The position numbers and the translations under genes are program-made. Shown here piece after piece: positions 20,510-30,664 of a stretch of DNA of 32,000 bases. The stretch is from assembly GCA_000002455.1 (NCBI GenBank), contig DQ158856.1:108591-140590 (forward strand), given 5' to 3'. How positions within the stretch are numbered: position 1 is the stretch's first letter; each line of letters starts with the position of its first letter. Origin of the DNA: Bigelowiella natans nucleomorph (Eukaryota > Protista > Cercozoa). The notes below the pieces were generated by a model. The model searched no databases. It had not been told where the DNA came from and saw only the letters and a list, made by a program, of their open reading frames with translations.

Positions 20510-22174
20510 TCATTTATACCTTAAACCCATATAATATTTAAAATATATCATATATTTATAGAAGATCCTAGTGTTACGAACTTTATCGATATTCATGATA
20601 ACACCATTTCTCACTAACAATTCAGCTAATATTGTATTTATTCTTAAGGTCATTGGATTTTTATCTAAACGTTGCGAACTATTATAAAGGCATTTAATTT
20701 TAAAAAGATACTTAAGATACCAAAAACAACAATATTCAGTATTAGAAAACCTATGTGTAGTTATTCTTTTTGTTGTTGTTTGATTTTTTCTTAGTAACAT
20801 TACTATATTTCCAATGTTAAGATTATGCATATACCTTTCTGTTAACGCATTTTCATCAGTGCTCACAAGATAAAGAAAAATTTTATATTTCACGTTTAAA
20901 ATCTTTAAGAAATGTATAAAATAAAAAAAGTTTTTAAGTAATTTTTTATTTTTAAAAATACTTTTTTCCATAATTGATTTTAAATTAAAATCTTTTATAG
21001 CATACGCTAAATGCTGTAATGGTCTTGGATAACTTAATTTATTTGAAAAATACGCAACAAATTTGAAATAAAAGGCTGATTTATTCTTAAATTCAAAAGT
21101 ATACACACCCAGGCTATTGAAATATCTTTGCAATTTTAAATCACGAGTATGTGCCGTGGATGAGATACAAATGAATAAGTTAGAAAATAGTTTTTTTTTT
21201 AATAGAAAATAAAGTAGACGCATCTCAGCGCTATCGTTCCAGGTTAATTTTTCGTTTTTACAGATATTCGTCATGTTTTTACACTTATTCATAGCTGAAT
21301 AACTCTTTTCTAGTGAATTCTTCAAATTTTTACTATCATAAGTTATTCTTGATGTCTGCAAAAAACTATTATTAAAAGTATGATAGGCAGATACGAACAA
21401 TCTATCTATATCCTTATATTTTATAAAATGTAGAAATTTAAGTCGTTTCTTTAAATTTAAAGTGGAGAAACTTAGTACATCAAACCGAGTATTATAGTTT
21501 ATTAACCCACTATAAAAGTCAATATCAACAAAGATCATTATTCGCTTCTGTTTTAATAACGAAAGTGCCCATTTATCAAAACCATTGTTCTTAATAAAGT
21601 TCAATACTTTTAATAAATCCACTCTAGAATCATCCAAATATAGTATTGTGCTGCGGTTTTGATTGATTCTAGCATTGAAAGATATAAGCTTTATTATAGA
21701 AGAACTAAGAATACAGTTCATTTGATTGATAGAAGAAAAAGATATCACTGTTAAATTAGTAATTTTTGAAAGGCTAGATAAAAATAATTTCTTACCATGC
21801 CCCTTTAGACCAGTCAAAAGAAAAAAATTACAATTATAGTATTCTGATGGTTTCTTACATGCTTTATCAATATCGTTCAAAATACGGAAAAAAAATGATA
21901 ACTTTTTTTTGTAAACTTGAATCGAATATTTTAAATTTGAATTTTTAGTTAAAGATAGCAATTTGTTGAATTTTACAACAATTTTTGTATTATTAGACAA
22001 ATAATACCATCCTGGTTCAGATAAATTTCTAACTTTTGCGATAAAAGCTAAAGAGCCCTTTTTAAAGTTAAATTGTGTTCTTCGAAATAAATCAATCTTA
22101 TGAAAAACTATCCACTTTACCAAATATATGATAAAGGAAGTCATGGAAAAGCTACTTTCTAAATTAGTAAACAA
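20510..22174 (-). CDS. Degenerate Cdc48/Rix7/Afg2-like tandem AAA+ protein
   Basis: FLLTGLKGHGKK (Walker A-like), ILYLDD (Walker B-like), TRFD..LKKRLKFL (cf. GRFD...RLEIL) and linker KLTWND (cf. VTWEDIGG). The true start is uncertain. Confidence 0.55.
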   Translation of the reverse strand: MFTNLESSFSMTSFIIYLVKWIVFHKIDLFRRTQFNFKKGSLAFIAKVRNLSEPGWYYLSNNTKIVVKFNKLLSLTKNSNLKYSIQVYKKKLSFFFRILNDIDKACKKPSEYYNCNFFLLTGLKGHGKKLFLSSLSKITNLTVISFSSINQMNCILSSSIIKLISFNARINQNRSTILYLDDSRVDLLKVLNFIKNNGFDKWALSLLKQKRIMIFVDIDFYSGLINYNTRFDVLSFSTLNLKKRLKFLHFIKYKDIDRLFVSAYHTFNNSFLQTSRITYDSKNLKNSLEKSYSAMNKCKNMTNICKNEKLTWNDSAEMRLLYFLLKKKLFSNLFICISSTAHTRDLKLQRYFNSLGVYTFEFKNKSAFYFKFVAYFSNKLSYPRPLQHLAYAIKDFNLKSIMEKSIFKNKKLLKNFFYFIHFLKILNVKYKIFLYLVSTDENALTERYMHNLNIGNIVMLLRKNQTTTKRITTHRFSNTEYCCFWYLKYLFKIKCLYNSSQRLDKNPMTLRINTILAELLVRNGVIMNIDKVRNTRIFYKYMIYFKYYMGLRYK

Positions 22175-22199
22175 TATTAATTTTATTAACGATCCAAAA

Positions 22200-23381
22200 T
22201 AAATTGAATAATTCTATTTTATAATTTTTACTTTTTTTAAAATATATTCTTCCTTGAAACAAGTATACATACTTCTTTTAGAATAGTTAGATAAAAAAAT
22301 CATTGGATATTGAATATACTTAGAATAAAGAAATTTTAAATATGTATTTTTATTGATTTTATTCTTTTAAAACTTGCAAACCTTTATATAATAAAACAAA
22401 GGGGTTTTTATTAAATCGAATTTTAAATAATTATAAGTCATCATAAAGTTACTTTTTAGGGCTTTCTTAAAGTGTATCATGTATTTAACTATTGTTTTAT
22501 AGTAATAAAAGTATATACTAATATAGTACTTTTATCGTCTTGAAATCTTTTTTTAATAATACTCTTTTTATACATTAATGTACCTTTTTAAAAAGATACT
22601 AATAATTATCTGATTTGAGGAAAGCATTTCATTTAAACTTGTTCCATGGGTTAAATTTATTAGGTTCATGACTATGTTCTGTTGTGAGATAATAGTACTT
22701 TCTTTATCGAAATAGAATCAATATCCAAATACCTTTTTTTCTTAAAACCAGAAAAATTGAAATTAAGAATATATACCTCAGATGAATGCACTCTTGATGC
22801 ATTAGGCTTTAGTATTATAACGTATTTGAACAATATTCTCAGAAGGTAAATAAAAATATTTAAATTCTTTGAAATAAAAAATTTAGATACTAAAGACCCG
22901 CCATCTCGTAACACTTTAATAGCTATTTTAAAACTAAAAAAAGCTAGACCGTTCTAATAATAAATTATAAACCTGCATTTCTGAATCAATTATATTCTCA
23001 GTTCCTACATTTGGTGAACCATCATTTAAAAGACAATCATAATAAGCTCCTTTACTAATCTTATTAAGCGCTGGATACAACATAGGTGATCTAATAGACA
23101 TTTTTATAAAAATGACACTCTGTAAAGGCTTAATTTTCACTAAATCAACACCTACGATCAAGTATGACCGTTTAGCTAAAAGTTGTATAATTTGAAGCCA
23201 GCCACCTATTTAAACGAAAATAACCCGGAAAACAACATAAATCAATTATTCTATTAGTAAACCGTAACAAATTAAACTTTTTTTCGATTTGAATCAATTT
23301 AAAAGCAGAACGAGATCTAAAACTATGAAAATATAAATACTTAAATTTTTTAGATAAGCGAAAAAACTTTTCTTTACTCAT
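22200..23381 (-). CDS. spb1: Spb1-like FtsJ/RrmJ rRNA 2'-O-methyltransferase
   Basis: FRSRSAFKLIQI, IDLCCFPG, IVGVDL, LNDGSPNVG, GGSLVSKFF and KPNASRVHSSEVY, with several tiny introns. The 3' end is approximate. Confidence 0.85.
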
Positions 23382-23641
23382 TGATAATAATAATTGTTGC
23401 AAAAAAAAAAACCCAAGCATGAAGGTACAAACTAGAGGACAAAACAAATCCTTATCAGATAAATACACAACACCTAAAGTTTCCATCCAGTATCGAAAAC
23501 GATATGATCCTTTATGAAAATAGACACCGTTTCGCCAGAAAATCAATTATAGGGTAATCCAACGACAAGATGAGGTTGCACTTGACACACCAGGCTTTCC
23601 AAAAAGATGCACGAAACAAACCCAAATGACCAAGAAGTTTT

Positions 23642-23914
23642 CTTAGCAAGGAAGAGATCGATCAGATCATTGAAGATGCCCAGAAGTATTCAGGTGAGGA
23701 TAAGGCCGAAAAGGAATTTGTCGAGATTAAAAATAACGCCGAGGCTCTCATTTACGAAGCTCAGAGGAAGCTACAAGAAGACAGCGAACTTGCAAAATCT
23801 GAGAAAGCTTCACAGATACAGTCTACCATCGATGCCCTGCGATCCGGTCTGAACAGTAAAGACAGGTCTGCCATAACCCAACTCATGAGTGAACTACAAA
23901 CTCTACTTCAATAA
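23642..23914 (+). pseudogene. dnaK: dnaK (Hsp70) 3' fragment, helical lid only
   Basis: LSKEEIDQIIEDAQKYSGEDKAEKEFVEIKNNAEALIYEAQRKL is the DnaK lid region. There is an in-frame TGA just upstream, no start codon and no ATPase or substrate-binding beta-domain. Confidence 0.88.
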
Positions 23915-24132
23915 TAACCATGGCCTTACAGAAGGTCGCTCGCTATTATATTTGACAAGACTTTACTAATTAAAGCCTATAATTAACTTTTTTTTGTTTT
24001 AGGATTATTCACTTAATATTTACCTTACTCCCTTTTTCTAACCACCGTATAGAGATGAGTGCATGTACATTCAAAGAGCACCTTCAGACACGGTGGTAAA
24101 AAAACCTCAATGTTTCACATGACTCTTACTAG

Positions 24133-24290
24133 AACATACCTGGACGATCTGTGACCACAGGAGAAGCTATTTCTCTACAAGACGTAGGGGTGCACACCCC
24201 TACTCCTACTTTGCGTTTACAGGACTCCTCTGTCTCTCTTATCAACTGAAGTTTGGAGGTGCTTGATATAGAAATAGTCTCCTCCTTTTG
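24133..24290 (+). ncRNA. Candidate U1-like structured RNA
   Basis: AACAUACCUGGACG 5' motif, hairpin GUAGGGG-UGCACA-CCCCUAC and possible closing helix GGACG/CGUUU. No canonical Sm site. Confidence 0.25.
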
Positions 24291-24644
24291 GATGTATCTC
24301 AAGAAAGCCAAAGACATCTCAAAAAATGCTCCGAATCAAATTCAAGGAATGCAACCCAGGTTGGCTTATTAATCAAGGTAATTGAGATAGTGCATGACAT
24401 CAATGGGCGACTCTCTACAGATTCATCGAACGTTCAAGAGGACTGTTAAAAGTTGAGATACTCTAGTAGCGACGCAAATTTATGTAAGCGAGGCTGAAAT
24501 AACATCAAGAGATGCTAACCCAAGAGGATATATGATTAAAAGCCTTAAACGAGATAATGCCTGAAAGTAAGGTAACGAAAAGACTACAACTAAGAATAGT
24601 AAGAAGCAGAATTTTTGTATACTTGCATCCTTATTCCGGAGGAC

Positions 24645-25035
24645 CTAGTGAACCGGGGGTAGGCCTGCACGGATCACGCGTTTGCACTCTCTCGCTTCCA
24701 GCACCCCGTTCCTCTTTAGCACGGTCGTCTACAGTGGGTCCTTGGCGGAGGTCTTGCCCCAGAATGATCTGAGGCTCGGGCGCGTCAGTTCTGTGCCCTC
24801 TAAGGGGTACATAAGGCCTTCTTCCTCCGCTTCGCGCAGAGGCTTGTCTTGGCCGGCCGCGTTCCTCTCGCCTGGCCGTGTCTCTGGCAAGGGTTCTGGC
24901 TTGAGAGGCTGTCAGCCATTACCCCACGGATGTAGCCTCGCGCCATCGACGGCTCCATCGAGCGCGTTACCAAGTATCCGATCGAACCGTTCCTCTCGTA
25001 CTAAGCTCCATTACCATCACACCGGCCCCTCACAA

Positions 25036-25090
<55 letters not shown>

Positions 25091-25125
25091 GTCTGTGGGT
25101 GAACAATCCAACGCTTTGTGAATCC

Positions 25126-25159
<34 letters not shown>

Positions 25160-25205
25160 AATCAAAAAGCAACGTCGCTATGAACGCTTGGCTGCCACAA
25201 ACCAA

Positions 25206-25236
<31 letters not shown>

Positions 25237-25648
25237 AGCTTCACACCCAGAAGGCTAAAGGATCGGTAGGCCATGCTTTCGCAGCTCAAGCTCCTACTGA
25301 GAGCCCGAATCAAGTCAGCTTCTACCCTTAACTACACCACACGAGAGTTCTGTCCTCGTTGAGCTGACCATAGGACACCCGCGTTGTCTTTTGACGGGTG
25401 TACCGCCCCAGCCGAACTCCCCACCTGGGGGTGTCTCTCGTGCGTAAGAAGCCAAGCAAGCGAGGAATCGCGCGGATCCTACACTTACTCGAGTATGCCT
25501 GCCGCGCACAAACCACGCCACGGGAGTGGGTCCATGCACGCTTACCATAACAAGATCAGCAGGACGATCTTGGGAGTGGTGGTATTTCAGTGACGCTCGG
25601 AAGCTCCCACCTATGCTACACCTCCTAAGTCGCCCAACAACCCCAGGA

Positions 25649-25683
<35 letters not shown>

Positions 25684-25690
25684 GTTTCTC

Positions 25691-25724
<34 letters not shown>

Positions 25725-25795
25725 GGGTAGGTAGGGACAGTAGGAATCTCGTTGCTCCATTCATGCACGTCACTAATTAGATGACGAGGCATTTA

Positions 25796-25836
<41 letters not shown>

Positions 25837-28195
25837 TGCTTCGTCGAATCTCTCCGTCTTGACAGTCTGAGCACTGGGCAGGATTCACATTGCGTCAACA
25901 TCCGCGGGGACCATCGCAATGCTGTGTTTTTAGTAGACAGTCGGATTCCCTTGGTCCGCGCCAGTTTCAATTGAGTCAACCTCCCCCAGGTATCAGTATC
26001 GTTCCTCGGTGACCCCTGACACGACACCCGCCACACAAAGACCGTCCATTAGTATACAGACACACATCCTTGGATCGGGGAGTTGCACCCGCTGTGGGAT
26101 GTGTATAGATCTCGTATTTTGTGTAGGCCGTCGGGTCTCCGCCACGCGAAACTTCACTGCGCACTTCCGCAGCGATACCCAGGGGGGTAACGATCGAAGC
26201 CAATCCTTATCCCGAAGTTACAGATCTAATTTGCCGAATTCCCTTACCTACCTTTCTCTATCGACTAGAGGCTGCTCACCTTGGAGACCTGATGCGGTTA
26301 TGGGTACGACCTTGGGAGGTGCATCCTTGTCGCTCCCTCGCATTTTCATGGGCCCGCCCTGATGCACCGGACCCCGTGTTTCGAACAGGGCTGTGCCGCT
26401 TGTGGAGCCCCTTCTCCAGTTGACCCTGCTCCAAGCCCCCACAAGCATCAAGAGGAGTAGAGACCTCCTCCCGGGATCAAGGCGAGCGTCTGCGAGCTCG
26501 CTTGCGTTGCCGCCTTCGGATCCCTCCAAGGTAAGGGAATATTAACCCTTTTCCCTTTCGATGAGGATGCTACGGCGCTACCCTAATCCTTAGGATCGAC
26601 TCACCCGCGGCCAAACGCTGTTCCCGCGGAACCCTTCTCCACTTCAGTCTTCAAAGTTCTCATTTGAATATTCGCTACTCCCACCAAGATCTGCACTAGG
26701 CGCCGCTCCACCGAGGCTTACGCCATGGCTTCGAAGCAACACCCACGCCCTCCTACCCGTGAGAGCAACGTTCGCGCTCACGGTCGAGTCTAAGTCACAC
26801 GCTTGAGCGTCATCCATTTTCGGGGCCTACTGGTTCGGCAGGTGAGTTGTAACACACTCCTTAGCGGATTTCGACTTCTATGACCACCGCCCCGCTGTCA
26901 GTATCAGCTGACACCCTTCCTGGGATCTAGGTGAGCGTGTAGTTGGACACTTTAACTCGACACTCGGTTCATCCCGCATCGCCAGCTCTGCTTACCAAAA
27001 CTGGCCCACTTGAGACTCTCGGTCGCGCTTACCCCTTCATCCAAGCAAGGAGGCGCCGTGCCAATTCAGAGTTTGAGAACGAGTCGAACATCTATCCACG
27101 CCCGTCACTCGTAATCAGTCGCTTTACTTGACACACCCGATCGAGTCTCAGCTATCCTGTGAGAAACTTCGGAGGGAACCAGCTACTAGGTGGTTCGATT
27201 GGTCTTTCGCCACTAGGCCCAGGTCAGAGAAGCGATTTGCACGTCAGCACTCCTTCGGGCCTCCACCAAGCGTTAGCCAGGCTTCGCCCTGCCCAGGCCT
27301 AGATCACCACCTTTCGGGTCCTGGGAGGCCTGCTCCACCGGATCGCTCAGACGCGAAGCTCTCAAACGCATGACTGCGCACTTCCGCAGCGAGCCCGGTA
27401 TGGCTATACCGGGATGCATCAGCGGTAATAAGGCTCCGCGTATAGGGCGACCGGTCAAGGTTGGACACATGGACCGTGCCTCAGTTCGGCATGGTCCATG
27501 TGTCCAACCCCTGGTCAGGTTTCTTACGCCCGTGTGGCTCGCCGCACACTGACTCGCAGACCTGCCAGACTCCTTGGTCCGTGTTTCAAGACGGGTCATC
27601 GGAGGATGTTGGATCGATCCTCGTGATCAGGTCATGCAGGACATGCCTGACTCTGTCTCTATCTACACAGCCCCTCATCGTGTCACGAGATTCGTTTCAG
27701 ATCCGTGTCGGACCTGTCTCGTGCGATGCGCGGCTGGGATCGATCAAAGGAACTGGCTTATAACCATCCCCACATCGCACCCCCAGATGCTTCCACCCTA
27801 ATGATTTCAGGTTCTCATTTCACTCCCCTTCCGGGGTGCTCTTTCATCTTTCCCTCGCGGTACTTGTTCGCTATCGGTCTCCCGGTTGTATTTAGCCTTG
27901 GATGGGGTCTACCACCCGCTTCAGGCTGCACTCTCAAGCAACCCGACTCTCAGGAATTGGTGGATCATCCGGGCCCTGGTAAAGGGTATTGGACCCAACC
28001 CGCGCGTGACTTACGAGACTCTCACTCTCTCTGGTGGGACATTCCAGTTCCTCTTCAGACACGTGCGGGTATAGGGTTTCCCTTTAGCTAGGAATACACC
28101 CATCGGATTCACCACTCCGTTTTCCTTTTACCCTACAATGCACTAGAACCTGGCCTCCCTTGGCTCAGGTTCAATGCGCTTCGTGGTTGGGCTAC

Positions 28196-28252
<57 letters not shown>

Positions 28253-28295
28253 ATGATATGCTTAAGTTCAGCGGGTTCTCCTGCTCGTGGGTAGG
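24645..28295 (-). rRNA. 28S (LSU) rRNA
   Basis: Reverse complement contains ACCCGCTGAACTTAAGCATATC, GACCCGTCTTGAAACACGGACCAAGGAG, the peptidyl-transferase region and the sarcin-ricin loop AGTACGAGAGGAAC. Ends are approximate. Confidence 0.97.
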
Positions 28296-28458
28296 ACCTC
28301 ATGCGCTCGTGGGTCGTTCAGCGACCCACAGGAAACTAGCCTCTCCCCACCGCTAGGGTAGGGTCCGGTATTTGATCCGTCCTCAAGGAGATTTGGACTC
28401 ACTTTCGGATATCGGACACGGCGCTGCAGCACACTCGTGCCACAGCGATGGCAGCTCT
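28296..28458 (-). other. ITS2
   Basis: Spacer between the 5.8S 3' end and the 28S 5' end. Confidence 0.8.
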
Positions 28459-28636
28459 TGTCACTACTCCAGGGCATGCTCAGCCTGCTACGGCTCCACT
28501 GCTGAGCGCCAGATGCGTTCGAAGATTCAATGATTCACGAGTCCGCGGAATCCTGGTCTATGCGCGTATCATCGCATGTCGCTTTCTGCTACGTTCTTCA
28601 TCGATACGGGAGCCTAGACATCCATCACTAGGGTTT
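28459..28636 (-). rRNA. 5.8S rRNA
   Basis: GGATGTCTAGGCTC..TCGATGAAGAACGTAGC..GTGAATCATTGAATCTTCGAACGCA on the minus strand. Confidence 0.93.
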
Positions 28637-28742
28637 CTTCGTTCACACTTGGTAGGTTCACCTGCCATGCGCCTGACTGTTTCTCTTTCGTCACGTGTTT
28701 CAACCTTGACTTACGCTCGCGCGCTGGGCTCGATTTAGAAGC
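28637..28742 (-). other. ITS1
   Basis: About 106-nt spacer between the 18S 3' end and 5.8S. Confidence 0.8.
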
Positions 28743-28754
28743 GATGATCCTTCT

Positions 28755-28796
<42 letters not shown>

Positions 28797-28881
28797 TTAG
28801 ATACTGACGGATCGAGGGAGGTCTACAACGCGAGGGTGTTACCCTGGTCGATCTCTCGCTCTCTCCAGCCGATCCATTGGC

Positions 28882-28919
<38 letters not shown>

Positions 28920-30664
28920 TTCAGCACGAGCTGATGACTCGTGCTTACTAGGCATTCCTCGTTCAAGATCAACAATTGCAATGATCTATCCCTGGCAGGG
29001 TGCGGTTTACGAGGCGCGCCAAACCTCTCGGTTCAGCCCTCATCTCATTGCTCGCACCATTGTAGCGCGCGTGCAGCCCAGAACATCTAAGGGCATCACA
29101 GACCTGCTATCGCCTCATGCCTCCCTTGGTTTCCCACCAAGCGTCCTCCTAGGATGCTCATTTCGTAATGCTCGGTCCTGGCCCATACCCGGATTGCCTT
29201 CACCAAGCTACTCCCTTCGTGGATCTTGGTTGTACCCAAGTCTACACCGGATATTCAACGTACTGAGCTCGCTAGGAGTTGAGGTCTCGCTCGTTACCGG
29301 AATTAACCTGACAAGTCAACTCACGAACTAGAAACGGCCATGCACCACCTCCCATAGAATCAAGAAAGAGCTATCAATCTGTCAATCCTCCCTATGTACG
29401 GACCTGGTAAGTTTTCCTGCGTTGAGTCAAATTAAGCCGCAAGCTCCACGCCTTGTGGTGCCCTTCCGCCAATTCCTTTAAGTTTCAGCCTTGCGACCGT
29501 ACTCCCCCCGGAACCCGAAAGCTTGTGATTTCTCATAAGGTGCTGATGGAGCTATCGAGAAGAACGTCCACCAACCCCTAGTCGGTATCGTTTACGGCTA
29601 GGACTACACACGGTGCCTAATCGTGTTCGCTCCCCTAGCTTTCGTCCACTGATCAATGAAAACATACTGGACGGATGCTTTCGCTGTTGTTCGTCCTCCA
29701 TTGGTCACCGAATTTCACCTCTAGCAATGGAATACGACCGCCCCCGACTGCTCCTATTAATCCTTCCTCCGATCCCGAGCGCTAGCGCAATCCGGGTCGG
29801 AGTCCTTGCGTTGTTATTCCATGCTATTGTGCCTAGAGTACTCCGTACTTGCTATGAACACCACAATTTCGTCAAGGTAACATGGGGCGATATCTCCGCA
29901 GGGCTACACAAGCTACCCCTTGGGGATGGTCACCCCAGTAACTCCTAGCGTCAGACGCGTTACGAGCCTTTAATTCGACTACGGACGTTTTAACCGCAAC
30001 AACACTAATATATGCTATTGGAGCTGGTATTACCGCGGCTGCTGGCACCAGTCTTGCCCTCCAATCGGTCATCACCCAACGGTTTAGATTGGATGCATTC
30101 CCTATACAAGATCACGGATCTATACTAGGGTATGTTTCGTCACTACCTCCCTGCGTCAGGATTGGGTAAGTTGCGCGCCTGCTGCCTTCCTTAGAAGTGG
30201 TAGCCGTCTCTCAGGCTCCCTCTCCGGAATCGAACGCCAATTCCCCGTTACCCGTCATTTCTTTGGTAGGCCACTACCCTACCAACGTGCAAGATGATGG
30301 GGCAGAAATTTGATTGGAGCATCGTTAGCGTTGTTCAGCTATACTAGTAGCTAAACGGCCATACGATTCGACAGTTATTATGATTCAACACGATCTCTAC
30401 ACTCAGGCTATAACTTAAGGCTGAGTGTCGAGGCTAGCGTTTATAACTAATAAATACGCCCCTCCTAATCTCCTTGACGGATGAGTTGGGGAAATTCGCA
30501 CGTATTAGCCACAGAGTTACTACGGGTATCCGAGTAGTCCATACCACCAAATANATTATAACTGGTATAATGAGCCATTCGCAGTTCACCAGTGGTTTAC
30601 ACTTAGACATGCATGGCTTAATCTTGAAGACGAGCATATAACTACTGGCAGGATCCACCAGCTA
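28743..30664 (-). rRNA. 18S (SSU) rRNA
   Basis: Minus strand begins CTGGTGGATCCTGCCAGTAGT, contains GTGCCAGCAGCCGCGGTAAT and GTACACACCGCCCGTC, and ends GTAGGTGAACCTGCAGAAGGATCA. Confidence 0.98.

Noticed and set aside
2525-23381. Fragmented ORFs read as pseudogenes or as an alternative genetic code
   Set aside because: Frame breaks are consistently repaired by 18-21 nt GT-AG introns under the standard code.
23607-23852. 81-aa ORF MHETNPND...
   Set aside because: It is an alternative frame over the dnaK fragment; the DnaK-like frame is a different one.
24557-30658. Numerous 60-130 aa ORFs on both strands
   Set aside because: Nearly all lie within or antisense to 28S/5.8S/18S rRNA and spacers; they are chance frames in GC-rich sequence.
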